Shown: positions 27,221 through 40,600 of the stretch, one piece after another
Numbering within the stretch: the stretch's first letter is position 1
How the letters are laid out: each line of letters opens with the position of its first letter
Assembly (NCBI RefSeq): GCF_009914755.1
Contig: NC_060933.1
Length of the DNA stretch: 64,000 bases
Strand: one strand, 5' to 3'
Source: the human T2T-CHM13v2.0 reference genome, Homo sapiens
Translations under genes and position numbers: made by a program
The notes under the pieces: generated by a model
Databases searched by the model: none
What the model was told of the DNA's origin: nothing
What the model saw: only the letters and a program-made list of their open reading frames with translations

Positions 27221-27523
27221 GTATATGCCATTGTATGATTGCAAATAATTATATGAATCTTGGAGAACATCATGGAAAGATGTTCATCATCTTGTTAACT
27301 GGTTATTTCAAGAGTGGAACTGGAAGGGGAATACTGCCTTTCCTGTGTATTTATTTGTAATGTTTCATTTTCATTATGAACATGTATTATTTTAATATGT
27401 TTAAATATTAATAAACACAGGCAAAAATATGTAATTTTAATTCAAGCTGAAATCGTCAAGGCAATCATACATAACAGATGGAGCAAATAAAACATTTAAA
27501 ATCCCTGAATGAAAAGGAGGGGA

Positions 27524-27795
27524 GGCCGGGCATGGTGGCTCACGCCTACAATCCCAGCACTTTGGGAGGCCGAACCAGGCAGATCACTTTGGGTCAGAAG
27601 TTTGAGACTGCCTTGGCCAATTGAGACCCCTTGACTCGATTGGAATTGGTCCCACAAACTTTTTTTTTTTGAGGGAGTCTCGCACTGTCACCCAGGGTGG
27701 AGTGCAATGGGGCAATCTCGGCTCACTGCAACCTCTGCTCCTGGGTTCAAGAAATTATCCTGCCTCAGCCTCCCTAGTAGCTCAGACTTCAGGCA
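27524..27795. other. Rearrangement junction: truncated Alu left monomer fused to an inverted copy of 230-424
   Basis: 27627-27658 ccccttgactcgattggaattggtcccacaaa matches the rc of unique flank 392-423 and continues into the same Alu. Confidence 0.8.
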
Positions 27796-28769
27796 ATGAA
27801 ACTAAAGAAAGTCAGGGGATGGCTAAAGGATGGAGGATACCTGGGCTGGGGGAGGAGGGAGAATGCGACGGGTGAACACAGACAGGCTTCCAAAGTGGTG
27901 TCCAGGTTGTATTTCTTCACTAGGTGGTGGGCACACAGGCATGCATTTTTCCTTATCTTTAAATTGTACATATTTCATACACTTCTCCATATGTATTATA
28001 CATTTCAAAATAGTACATCTTTTAAAAAATCACAGTGGTTAATGCAATCAGTACAGGTGCCAGGCACATACCAGAGACTCCAGGTGACGACATGCTCTCC
28101 TCTTGGGCTCCTCATCTAGGGCTGAAAGTTTATTTCTCACCCCTGCCGCCAGCACCCGCCATGCCAGCCCATGTCTCTAAGTGCTGAGGGGAAGGTGTAT
28201 GAACAGAGACAGATACGGCCGTGGAGGAACCCGGAGGGAGGGCCCTCCACTTGGTGAGGACGGATTGTGAGGCTGGTCAGTGCTGAAGCTGAGTATCTTG
28301 CTTACTAGAGCAAAGGGGAACTGTGCTTATAGGACCATCTCTCAGAGCAAAACAAATTAAGTCTCTTGGGAAGCCTGGCATTGAGGATTGTCCAGCTTTC
28401 AGAAGTGAGAGTGTTCAGCCTGACTTCAGGGGCACAAAGTTCTTGCTGCCTGGGCCTGTTCTGTAGTGTGGGGCTGTCCCTGACTGGCCAGCTTTCAGAA
28501 GCATGCAGCATTGTCATTGACTTATTGGGGTTTCATGCCACCACAGCCAAAAAGCAGTTTGTTTTTGTCCTTGAGTTTGGACCATAGATTGTTATTCTCT
28601 CCAGGCAAAGGCAGGAAGCACACGGGAACAGGTAGCGCCAGGTGGCTGCAGGCCGGTGGTCTGGCTGGAGCTCAGTGCAGAAGCACAAGACGGTGGTGAG
28701 GAGTGAGGCAGACCCAGGGGACTGAAACACCACTGGAAAGAAGGTTCCACCCAGAGCAGTGGGGGCCAC

Positions 28770-29260
28770 AGAGTGATCCTGAGGGGAGATTTACACAGAG
28801 ATGCGTTTGAGGAAAAGCAGAGACCAGTGGGAATGCTGGTGCTCTCCGCCAGAGGAGAGGCGACGGTGATCGGGACGAGATAGACACCGAGGCGGTGAAG
28901 ATGGAGAGGCCATGTGAAGGTGGAAGGGACAGAATTTGGTGACAAGCGTCCAGACTGACGCCCAGGTTTCCACTTGGGGAGACCAGAAGGTGGCAGGGCG
29001 AATTCCAATGCCAGGTCTCCGGGGAGAGCACACTCAGGAGGAAGATGAGAGTCCGGGTCCCTGTGGGATGGACGTGGAGCCCTCTAGGGGCATTGAACTC
29101 TATAGATCTGCCAGTCAGGGGCAGAGGGGTCCAGGGCAGAGGAGACAGAGATCTGGGCACCACCCACAAAGGCACAGTGGGCAGGGGATGGAGCCCTCTG
29201 GAGGGAGCCAGCGCAAGGGTGCGAGAAGGAGCTTGCAAAGGAAGCAGAGCGGCAGCCAGG
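28770..29260 (-). mobile_element. Diverged L2 fragment
   Basis: gaaggtggaagggacagaatttggtgac and gactgacgcccaggtttcc resemble antisense L2. Confidence 0.45.
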
Positions 29261-29410
29261 ACAAGGGAAGGCACCCGCAAGGAACTTGCCTGCAGACCCC
29301 AGGGTTGAGTAGGCTTTAAGGAGGAGTGCATGGGGAGCGCTGGACCGCTCACAGACTGAACACACAGAGGCTGGCGTGGATGCCTGTGGCCTCTGCCCTT
29401 GCAACAACCT

Positions 29411-29830
29411 CTGTCTTGGGTCAGGTTTCCTGGAAGCAGAGCTGAGATGGAATTCCTGTGGAGGTGATTATGGAGGGGGTGCTCCTAGGAAAGGAGAGTG
29501 GGGGTAGAGAGCCGGTGCAGAGAGCTGAGCAAGGCTGTGACTGCTTCAGCCTGGTTGGATGAAGGGGAGTTCAGGAGCACTGCACATCACGGCTGTCCCT
29601 GCCTTGAGGCCAGGACCATTTTGTGTCTCCTCTCCCTCCCCTCATCAATCAGGCACTGGGTTGTGGGGGAGGGTGTGACCTTCTGGGTGAGGCAGTTTTC
29701 CCACTTGGCCTAGGGCAATGAGCCTCCGCTATCCTCAGGCAGCCACCATTGCCTGAAGACAAGTGAGACCCCATGTGCTTGGGCAAAACCAGCCCCTTCC
29801 CAGCTCCCAGCATTCAGGGAGGGTCTTTGA
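29411..29830. mobile_element. LTR16-like ERVL LTR
   Basis: tgtcttgggtcaggtttcctggaagcagagctgagatgg...gggtgtgaccttctgggtgaggcag. Confidence 0.55.
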
Positions 29831-30099
29831 GTAAGACCACCCTAAGCTGCCTCCTTTGCTGGCAAACTCCCTGTCACTGCTTTCCCCACTGTCTGCCACT
29901 GTAGACCCCAGGATGAAGCTCATTATGCTGCTTCTCCCTCTGTATGGAAAGTTCGAGTCCCCCCAGGCCACCCCTTGCCCCAGACAGCTCTGTATAACCC
30001 CTTCTCAGACCCCTTCCCCCCATCCCCAGTTCTCTCAAACCCTTCCACTCTCGAGCTCCTGACCAGCCATGAGCAACGTCCCCCATATCCTAAACTTTT

Positions 30100-30704
30100 T
30101 GTAAACCAAAAATAAAATTCTGAGGGCCCCCCAGCCATCTGAATGGACCTCCTCCTCTGCCAGGGCACTCTTATAATGTAATCTGAAATACTGGTTCAGG
30201 CCATGATGGGAAGTGGGGATCGGACTTGCATGATTATCGCTCCAGCATTAACATCAACACATTTTAGTCTGATAAGAAATATTTTACAGTCTATTCTCTC
30301 TGAAGCCTGCCACCTGAAGGCTTCCTCTGCAAATAAGAACTTTGGTTTCCACAATCCTTTATCTTAACCCAAACATTTTCTTTCTATTGATCCCAGGTCT
30401 TTAAATCAACTCAACCAATTGTCACCCAGAAAATTTTTAAATCTGCCTATAGCCTGGAAGTCCCCCCTCACCCACCCCCCGCCTTCTAGTTCTCTTGCTT
30501 TTCTGAACCAATTTATTTCTTAAATGTATTAGATTGAGGTCTCACGTCTCCCTAAAATGTGTAAAATGAAGTTGCACCCTGACCACCTTGGACATATGTT
30601 CTCAGGACCTCCCAGGGGCTGCATCATGGGCCATGATCACTCAGGTTTGGTTCAGAATAACTCTCTTCAAATATTTTACAGAGTTTGACTGTTTTTTGTC
30701 AACA
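30100..30704 (+). mobile_element. MER4-family solo LTR
   Basis: tgtaaaccaaaaataaaattct ... gaccaccttggacatatgttctcaggacctcc ... tttgtcaaca. Confidence 0.85.
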
Positions 30705-30974
30705 CTTTGAGCATCCCCTTGACTGTGCTGTAACTGGAGATGGACACCCGCTCGCCCCTCAAGGACCGCATCGCTCTCCAGCACTCCTCCTCTTCTTATA
30801 ACTTTTGGTGATTTCCGTTTCCAGGGGGTGATCCCTGCAAAACCCTGGCTTGCTCTCCTTTCATGGTCTTGACCTCAAAACTACCCCAGCCCTCCTCTCC
30901 CATGGCCACACCCTAGATATTGTGGCCCATAACCATAAAGTCTTCTCTCTCCACGAAGACAATTCCGAGTGGCC

Positions 30975-31180
30975 AACCAGCAGCAGGAGTATTGCCATCT
31001 TGGACAAGCACTGGTCAGCATGACCAAAAACCACAAATAACATCTCAGACCAGAAACATTCCAAACCCCTCCCTCACCAGAGGCATGCCAGCCCCGAGAT
31101 AACCTCCCCTCCGGCCAGAGATATGTCAGCCCCAAAGCTGCGTTTTGTGTTTCTTTCCTCTTTCTTTAACACTTATACTC
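30975..31180 (+). mobile_element. LTR19-like fragment
   Basis: agcaggagtattgccatcttggacaagcac and gccccgagataacctcccctccggccagag. Confidence 0.55.
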
Positions 31181-31469
31181 CTGATTGTGTCCAGCTGACT
31201 TCTGCAGTGCCTCACCTAAACATTCCTTCAATGGCTGGGCTTACACTCCACTGATCCCTCCACATTTTCACTGTGGTCACCCCTCTGTCCTCCCTCCCCC
31301 CTCCCAGGTATTATGGTGGGCACCAAACATTCTCAGCAGCATATGCCAGTTCCTCCAAGTCTTCTCTTCATTAGACCAACGTCCCCAGGCCCCCAGTTTT
31401 CCCCAACAGGATATGGACCACAGATCAGCCATGTCCTAGCATCTTCACCTGGTGCTTCTGTCCATCTGT

Positions 31470-31580
31470 CCATGTCTTCTTGTCCCTGGAAAGCATGTTC
31501 TCTGAGAGCAGAGATTGTGTTTCCTGCATCTCTGTCTCCTGTTGCCCAGCACAGAATTGGTGCTCAATGAAGATTTGTCC
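31470..31580 (+). mobile_element. L2 3' end
   Basis: tctctgagagcagagattgtgt...gcccagcacag...ggtgctcaatgaagatttgt. Confidence 0.6.
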
Positions 31581-31584
31581 ATCC

Positions 31585-32625
31585 AGATGAAGAATGGATG
31601 GGTGGCTGGATGGGTAGGCAGATGGATGATGAGTGGGTAGATGGGTAGGTGGATGGGTGGGGACAGATGGATGGATGGAGATAGATGGATGATGAATGGA
31701 TGGATGGATGAGTGGGGGGATAGATGGATGGGGATGGATGGATAATGAATGAATTGGTAAGTGGATGGGTGGGTGGATGGATGGATGGGTGGATGAGTGG
31801 GTGGATGGATGGATGGGAATAGATGGATGCTGAATGGGTGGGTGGGTTGATGGATGGATGGGGATAGATGGATGATGAATGGATGGGTGGGTGGGTGGAT
31901 AGATGGATAATGAATGCATTGGTAGGTGGATGGGTGGATGGATGGATGGGTAGATGGGGTGGATAGATGGATGGGTAGATGGGGTGAATGGATGGATGGG
32001 TAAGTGGATGGATGGGAATAGATGATGAATGGATGAGTGGGTGGATGGGTAGATGGATGGGGATGGATTGATAATGAATGAATTGAAAGGTGGGTGGGTG
32101 GGTGGATGGATGGATGGGTGGATGGATGGATGGGTAGGTGGATGGGTAGATGGGGATAGATGGATGATGAATGGATGAGTGGGTGGGTGGATGGATGGGG
32201 AGGGATTGATAATGAATGAATTGATAGGTGGATGAGTGGGTGGATGGATGGATGGATGGGGATGGATGGATAATGTAAGAATTGGTAGGTGAATGGATGG
32301 ATGGGGTAGATGGATAATGAATGGATTGGTAGGTGGATGGATAATGAATGGATTGATAGGTAGATACATGGATGGATGGACAGGAATGAATGGATAATGA
32401 ATGGATTGGTAGGTGGATAGATGGATGAGTGGATAGATGGATCGATAATGATTGATGGATGGATGGATGGGGATGGATGGATAGATAGATAAATGGATTG
32501 GTAGGTGAATGGACAAATGGATGGATGGATGAGTGGGTAGCTGGATGGGGAATGAGTGGGTAGGTGGGAGAATGGATGATGGATGGATGGATGGATGGAT
32601 GGATGGATGGATAAATGGAGGGATG
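31585..32625 (+). repeat. About 1-kb degenerate (GGAT)n array with higher-order units
   Basis: Direct; recurring ggataatgaatg(a/g)attggtaggtgg and gggatagatggatgatgaatgg blocks. Confidence 0.95.
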
Positions 32626-33417
32626 CATGACGAACTTCTCCCTTGTTCCCAGCCTAGTCCTAGAATATGTTGCCTCTTCTCAAAAATAAGGTACCACAAA
32701 GCCTCTGGTGACGGTGGAGCAAAGGAATAGATGGTGAATGTCTCATACCCACTTCGGATCCAGAACAGGCCTAGGAGAGACTCAGGTGGCATCTGCTGCT
32801 GAGGAAGGGGGTTGGGGCTGAAGTTGGAGGAGGAGGGCAGCTCTAAACCACCTATTCCTGGCTCTAGGCCTCTCAGGCCAGACAGCCCCCACCCGTTTCT
32901 GCAGATGCCCGCATCATGGTCCTGAGGGGATGGGGGCTGGCCTGGAGCCTTTCCCCCGTGGTGTGTGGCTATAGCGGGGACATGAAGGGGGTGTGTTGGG
33001 GACGTAGTGACCACTCCCTTCTACCGTCAGAGATCCTGCTTCCCCCTGCCCCCTGCCCCTCCTCGGCTGCCCTTCATAACCCCCCACCCACTCCCCACCT
33101 GCCATCTCCTGTGCTTGTGCGGATCCAGGAAGCACCTACCTGGGCACAGAGATCATCGCTCGGTGTCTCGCCCCTACACAAGGGCGATTAACTTCTCTGT
33201 TATGAACTCCTACTTAGTAATTCTGACATGAAACTCCCACTAGGATAAAACTTGGCGCAGAACAGCAATTACTGAAAACACATTTTTAAAAAGGTTGATG
33301 TTTTGTAAGAGTTCATCCTCCTCCACTCCTCAGCCTCCTCAAGGAGACACATATTTAGATCTTCTCTGTGTGAGTCTAACTTGGAGACTGTGAGTTGCAG
33401 TTTAAAAGGGGCTCTGG

Positions 33418-33727
33418 GGCCAGGTGCGGTGGCACACACTTGTGGTCTCAGCTACTCAAGAGGCTGAGATGTGAGGAACGCTTGAGCCCAGGAGTTCAAG
33501 ACCAGCCTGAGCAACATAGGGAGATGGGATCTACCCAAAACATTTAACAATAAGGCTGGCATGGTGGCATATGCCTGTGGTCCCAGCTACTTGGAGGCTG
33601 AGGCAGGAGAATCATTTAAGCCTGGGAGATCGAGGCTGCAGTGAGGTATGGTTTCAACTGCTGTGCTCCAGCCTGGGAGACAGGGCAATACTGTGTCTCT
33701 AAAAAATAAAAAATAAAAATAAAAAAA
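33418..33727 (+). mobile_element. AluJ-like element
   Basis: Flanked by aagggg/aagggctctg duplication. Confidence 0.88.
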
Positions 33728-34747
33728 TAAAGGGCTCTGAGCCCAGCCCTCTGGCCAGGGCCTGGTGCAGTGGCAGAGGCTTGGGTCCCTGCCAGGTCTC
33801 CTGAAACGTCTCCAGGGTCTGCTGGGGCAGCCACCTGGGTGCTCAGTTGCTCTGTTAAACAGCAAAATTCCCAAGTCCTCGTCTCAATGAGCCACTGAGG
33901 CCGATGAAGAGGGCCTGTCTCATTTAGGACATGAGTGGCCAGGCGGGTGCCACAGGCCCTTTTCCTGGTGACAACAAAGCCATTGCATGGCTCCAGGAAG
34001 GCCACATCATTTCCCGGGCTTCGTAGGCACCTGCGGGGCGGAAACAGTTCAGCAGGGCCCTCCTGATCACAAGGACGAGGTCATACCGGCTGCTGCACGG
34101 CAGGGCTGCACTCTGCCAGGGAGCGTCCTGTGAGGGAGGGGCTGCACTGCCACTTTACTGATGAGGAAATTAAGGTTCAGAGAGATGAGGTCATTTGTTA
34201 GAGGCCAGACAGCCTCCTCAGCCCATTTCTAAGGTTGTTTCTGTGGTATTTGCCATAAAGCCATAGGTTCATTGATTTGTTCTTAAGTAGTTCTGAGCCC
34301 TTCCTGCATATCAGGCAGGGACAAACAGGAAAGTCCCTGCCTTTGGCAAGTGCGGGGGAAATGAAATGATTCTGCTCAGCCTCATCCATTGGTCTGAACA
34401 ATCATGTCTCATGACCGCAGGGACACGGCTTCCCCTGAACGCGGATCCTAGAGGCCAGGCAGAAGCAGCATGGGTTTCCCCTCACACGGTAGGCGGCTGT
34501 GCAATTTCGTCTGGAGTCCCCAGACCCCTCCTCATCCTTCCCAGGGTTGCTCTGAGGCCATTCCTCGTCATCTAGGAGGGGTCTACATAAAAGCATTTAT
34601 AAACACCTCCAAATGGGAGCCAGGCATGCCCACCTTTGGAGCACTTTTCTCTACTGCAAATTTATCTACTGCTCGTGAAATCTCTGGATTTAACTCTGAT
34701 GAAAGACTGGAGGCTGAAGGAGAACTTCAATATCATATATTTTAAAG

Positions 34748-34794
34748 GTTGATTCACAGTTTGGAACAAGAATTAAAGAACCACGAACTTCAAG
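34748..34794 (+). other. Candidate 47-nt exon (LIHSLEQELKNHELQ)
   Basis: ttttaaAG acceptor and AAG|GTAAAA donor. Confidence 0.3.
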
Positions 34795-35452
34795 GTAAAA
34801 CGGGCAACGGCGTTGGGGCAAGCCTCTCTGCATCTGCGTGTCCAGCCTCTCCTGCGTGCCAGAAGTCCCCAGGCAGGAGTGTGGTGGGACATCCGGCTGG
34901 GGTAAGGACAGGCACCCTCCCACTGTGTCAGGGCCCAGAGAGTGGGTGGAGAAGCTCTGCAAGAGACCTGTGCAAGGGCGCCTTGCAGGAGCCTGCAGTC
35001 CCCACAGGTGTGTTTGTGGATAACACTTGGGGAGCCCTGGCCTTTTGGGGTCACGGAGGGCTTGGCCTCTCACCTCAGAGCTGCGGAGGAGCCGCTTCTA
35101 CATCAGGACATCAGAAGCTGGAACAGGATGGCCGGCAAGGGGCCTCTTGTTGGGGTCACAGAGATGGGTCGCAGAGATGGCCCGTGTGGAAGGTTGGATT
35201 CTCACCCCACCTCTGCCCCTAGATGTCCTGGTGACCCTCCCCTCTGTAGTCTTGGTTTTTTGCAAAACAGTTATGACCTCCTGCCATACTGGGTACTTTG
35301 CTTATGTATTGTGTTTACTCTTTACTGTGTGTCTCTCCTGCTAAGGTCTACGAAGAAGGGTCTTTGTGGGTGGGGTTCTTAGAGGCATCCCAAGTAGCAG
35401 AAGCAGTCCCTGGACTAAGGGGCTCAATAAATATTTTTTATTTATTATTTTT

Positions 35453-35880
35453 TCTTTTTGAGATGGAGTCTCGCTCTCTTGACCAGGCTGGAGTACAGTG
35501 GCACAATCTTGGCTCACTGCAGCCTTCGCCTCCTGGGTTCAAGTGATTTCCGGCTAATTTTTGTATTTTTAGTAGTGACGGGGTATCACCATGTTGGCCA
35601 GGCTGGTCACAAACTCCTGACCTCAAGTGATCCACCCGCCTCAGCCTCCCAACATGCTGGGATTATAGACATGAGCCACCATGCCTGGCCAAATATTTGT
35701 CAAATTGAATTTGTATTTCCATACAAATTTTAGTCTGGATAAAGTGCTTCATGCCTGTAATCCAAGCACTTTGAGAGGCTGAGGCGGGTGGATGGCTTGA
35801 GCCCAGGAGTTTGAGACCAGCATGGAAAACATAGAGAAACCCCGTCTCAATATAAGAAGAAGAAGAAAAAGAAAAAAAAA
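35453..35880. mobile_element. Internally deleted Alu (-) and Alu left monomer (+)
   Basis: Consensus matches. Confidence 0.85.
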
Positions 35881-35899
35881 TCAAAAACGAAAACAACAC

Positions 35900-36640
35900 A
35901 AATTTTAGAGTAAGTATTTTAAGTTCCACAAAAACCTGGTTAGGATTTGGATAGCAATTTCTTTAGTTCTACAAATCAATTTGGAAAAAATTAATTAATT
36001 TGGGAAGAATTCATTTTGAGTCTTCTAATCCATGAACATGGTATCTCCATTTGTTTAGACCATCTTTAATGCCTACTAATAACATTTCTGTATAGTGACC
36101 TTGCACATTATTCTTAGATTCTTGATATTTTGTGCTATTATGTCTTTTTATAAATTTTATTTTTCCAACATTGTTGCTAATATATAGTAAGAAAATGGAA
36201 TCTTGCCTATGGATTTTGAACCCAACAACTTTGCTAAACTCCTCTGAATCCTCAGAATTTCCCTGTGGATTATGTAGGCTCTTCTGCATACACAACCATA
36301 TCATCTGTGAATAAAGACAGTTTTGTTTTCTTCTTCACAAACTTTACCCGACTCACTGTGCAGTCTGCCACATCCAGGCTGATATTGAATAGCAGTGGCA
36401 CTAATAGGATTCTTTGCCCCCTTGCCAATCTTGTAAAGAAAGCTTTCAACATTTTCCTGTTAGCTCTGTTGGCAGCTCTGACTTTTTCCATAGATGGCCT
36501 TCATCAGCTTAACAATGGGTCTTTTCTTCCCAGAGGGCTGAGCTTTTCCTTAAGAACAGACAGTGAGTGTCATCAAACACTAGGCTGCATCTGTTGAGAT
36601 GGTCATACGACTTGTGTCTTTTCCTGTGTTTGTGTGTGAA
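35900..36640 (-). mobile_element. Old L1 ORF2 reverse-transcriptase remnant
   Basis: ORF 36270-36491 gives PLLFNISLDV and KLSLFTDDMVVYAEEP, matching L1 RT PLLFNIVLEV and KLSLFADDMIVYLENP. Confidence 0.85.
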
Positions 36641-37199
36641 CTCTCTGGGTGTCTGAGAGTTCTTGTGACTTTCACAGAAGAACACAATTTACCCTCCGGT
36701 GTGGGAAGGGGAAGGAGGCAGAGGAAGAAAGACCCCAAGTCCCCCTCATCCCCACTGACCTTCCTGCTGGCTTCGTCCTTGATCTGTGCCTCCTTAGATC
36801 CTGCGTTTGAGTACTTGCGGTCATGATGACAGGGCCAGCCTCCTGACCAGGGCTGTTAGCACCTCCCCTGCTGCCCAGAGTCCCTGCTCCAAACCACTTC
36901 CTTCATCTTCCGTACCCCCAGCCAATATTTCCCTGCCCAGTGTCAACCCAGGCCCAGAACCAGACCACAAGGGACAGCCCCGGAACCCAGAATCAGACAA
37001 ATCAGCCCGTCCCAAGCTGTCTCCCCTGCTCTGCCCGGCTTTCACAGGGAAGCCAACACAGGCTGTGGCTTGGCCTTTCCCTAGCTCCTTTCTGCCTCCT
37101 GGTCTGCCTGCGGCTTCCCCGTGCCGCCCTGCGGGGCCTGCCACGCCTCTCATTTCTAGCGAATGTTTCAAGAGCGATGTTAGACTTTCCTTTCAATAG

Positions 37200-37273
37200 C
37201 GTTGACCTCTGTTAGCCACCTTTATGGATTAAGACCTGGGCATAGATGGTTTCTTCGGCATCACGACCTGAAG
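37200..37273 (+). other. Candidate 74-nt exon
   Basis: ctttcctttcaatAG acceptor; weak AAG|GTGCTT donor. Confidence 0.25.
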
Positions 37274-37533
37274 GTGCTTGGGAGAGACGGTGAGGAGGAG
37301 AATGCACCCTGCCATGCTCTGCACCGCACATGGATGCGGATTTCACCATGTTGGCCAGGCTGGTCTGAAACACACGGAGCCCAAGCGCCCGGTGGACCCT
37401 CTGACGGTCCTCGGGCGTGTGCCTTTGTAAGCAGAGTATTCAGCTCTCATCAGGGCCTCGCCAGAGCAGAAATGATCTGTTGATAAATGCATCGTATACA
37501 ATTATAAATGTGCACCCAGCATTGCTGCTTCCT

Positions 37534-37825
37534 CTTTTTTTTTTTTTTTTTTGATATAGGGACTTGCTCTGTCGCCCAGGCTGCAGTGCAGTAGGGCAGT
37601 CACAGCTCACTGCGGCCTCAACCTCCCAGGCTCAAGCAATCCTTCCGCCTCAGCCTCCTAAGTAGCTGGAACTACACATCCAGCTTTTTTTTTTTTTTTT
37701 TTTTTTGTAGACACCGGATCTCACCATGTTGGCCAGGCTGGTCTTAAACTCCTGGGCTCAAGTGATCCGCCCACCTTGGGCTCCCAGAGTACTGGCATTA
37801 CAGGTGGGAGCCACTATGCCTGGCC
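37534..37825 (-). mobile_element. AluJ-like element
   Basis: Consensus match. Confidence 0.88.
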
Positions 37826-37844
37826 TGCTTCCTTTTGCAAACAG

Positions 37845-38275
37845 GAATCTTGTAAATAGAATTGATCAGAACTTGTTGTTTAACGTACACAGACCTCTAG
37901 CTGTACTGCAAAGCTGTGTGCACATGTGTTAAGTCATCTGTTCTATGTGTTCTAATTATAAATAAGAAAAAACAAATTTCAATCAGCCATGCTGGAGGAA
38001 GAGCAATTATGTTTCTATTCCTTCTATCACAGGTGATGTAAAATTCTCAAACAATGAGATAGATAAAAAGTACGCAGCCAAAAAGTTCAAGAAGAAGTGT
38101 TATGGAGATGGAGCAGGCCGTTCGTAAAAACACGATGTTGGTTTTCTGGATTTTGTATGTTTGCTTTTTTTTTTTCCTCATCCTAAATAAATATTCACTG
38201 TCATACCTAATTTTGTTTTTGTAAGTTTGTATTCTTTCTTTATAGGGAGGCCTCACAAAACCCGGATCAGACTCG
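37845..38275 (+). mobile_element. hAT-Tip100 (Zaphod-like) DNA transposon 3' remnant
   Basis: Decayed transposase C-terminus (FQSAMLEE..), agtacgcagccaaaaa, and terminal cacaaaacccggatc. Confidence 0.6.
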
Positions 38276-40039
38276 CCCACTGCCCTGTGTCTGCCCTCCC
38301 GACCACCTCTCCTGCCCAGCAGGGATGAGGGTGGCAGTGGTGCTGTGTGGAGGGTGGCGGGAGGACCGGGAAGACTGCGACCAGTGAGCCGGGAGGCCTT
38401 GGGACAGCCTCTCTCTGAATCATCCTGTGCACTGCCGGGTGTGACAGAGGCTCCTAGAATCCTGTCTCAAGTGGCCGCCTTCACAGAGGGAGTCACTGAC
38501 ATCCCTGCTCAGCGCAGCCCTGGCATGTGGGGGTCCCTCTACTCATGAGAAACCCCCAACCAATCACCGTGAGGTGTGTGACCCATGCTCACATCCAGGG
38601 GCCACTCATTCATTCAGGAAACATTGGCCGAGCCCTCAGCAGGGGGCGGTGCTGGATGCTGGGATGTAGAGAGTGGGGTGGGACAAGGACTTGGTTGTGA
38701 GACGTCCCAGTCTGGGGAAGGACTAAGAGAAGGTGACATGGACAGTCTAGACTACCCGTCATTGGTTCTCCACTGGGGGCAGTATTGGCAAGGTTTAAGT
38801 ATAAATTGGTTGTCACAACGAATGCTACCAACGTCTAGTGGGTGGAGGCCGGGGGTGCCGCTCAGCATCCTACCAGGTGTCGGACGGCCCCCACCACCGA
38901 GAGTGCCAGCCCCGAGGGCAGCCCAGGGTGCCCCAGTGGTGAGGAGCTCTGGTGTGGAGTGCAGGGTTCGTTTGGACCATGGCTGTAGAGGCCTAGGGGA
39001 GCTCCCGCCATCAGGATGGCCGGGCATCAGGGCTCTGTGAGGGGGAAGGGGGCATCAGTGCAGCGGCAGGCAGGGGTTCGACGGGCTGAGTCCTGCGACG
39101 TGTTGCATCCACACCAGTGTCTGGGGCCAGCACCACCGCTCAGTCTCTGAACCCACTTATTTCGCCCAATATTGCTTGAGTGGGAAGTTCCACCTTCCCC
39201 AGTCGGCTGCTTATCTCGTCTTTCCAATGCAGTTAGGAAGGGAAAATATTTTCTCCCCATTTTACAGATGAAGAAATGGGGCCTGGCGAGGAGCAAAGCC
39301 CAGAACTGCTGCCCACCACCCTCCCTGCCTGGTGCTTTCCTGGGAACATGTGGGAGCCCCCGCCTGGACCTTGGGACCTCCCATCTGTAATTGCAGGCCC
39401 CGGTCTGCCTGTGTGGATGTGGAATGTGTCACTCAGGATCCTGGAGTCCTCCTGAGCTTGTCCAGCAGGGCTGCATTCACTGATGTGCTGACAGAGGCCT
39501 AGGCTCGGACCTCTAGGAATATCCAAGGCATCTCATTACGCAGAAAACCACCCTCATGAGGTCCTGGGGGCCTCTCTCCATCTTCCTGGGGGTGATGCAA
39601 TAGAGTGTAACTTCCACGCTGCCGAGACAGGCCATGAGGGGTTGCCCCCGTTGGAGGGGCAGAGTGGTATTTGTGGGGTGGTAGGAATCATTCAATGCCC
39701 AGCTGCAACCCCCCGGGCTCACAGCACACTCTTAAGGCCAGTGCTACCAGCTCCCTTGGGTGGATAGAGGAGCTACGGCTCAGAAGCATGCCCACAGCTC
39801 CCCCAGGATCCTGAGGCCAGCCTGTGGCAGGGCCTGTGATTTGAACCCCTCTACGAGGCTTCAAATCAGTGCTGTTTGTCCTGGCCTCATAAAACCTGGC
39901 TGCCCAGTTGGGATTGGTGTCATCTGCCTTGCTGAACTGGGCACTCCTTGGGAAGAGGGTGGGTGCTGCAAAAAGGCGGTGGATCCTGGCTGTGCAACCT
40001 TCACAGGTGGCTGAACCTCTCTGTGTCTCAGTTTGCTCA

Positions 40040-40600
<561 letters not shown>

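Noticed and set aside
28592-29407. Overlapping 107-226 aa ORFs
   Set aside because: GC-rich decayed L2 sequence; no recognisable domain, and open on both strands.
31425-33014. 529-aa and 354-aa His/Pro/Ser/Ile-rich ORFs
   Set aside because: Translations of the (CCAT)n strand of a simple repeat, which rarely contains stops; same for ORFs at 49843-50615.
38033-38125. Exon-like segment encoding DVKFSNNEIDKKYAAKKFKKKCYG
   Set aside because: Lies within a decayed hAT-Tip100 transposon 3' end; upstream transposase frame is broken.
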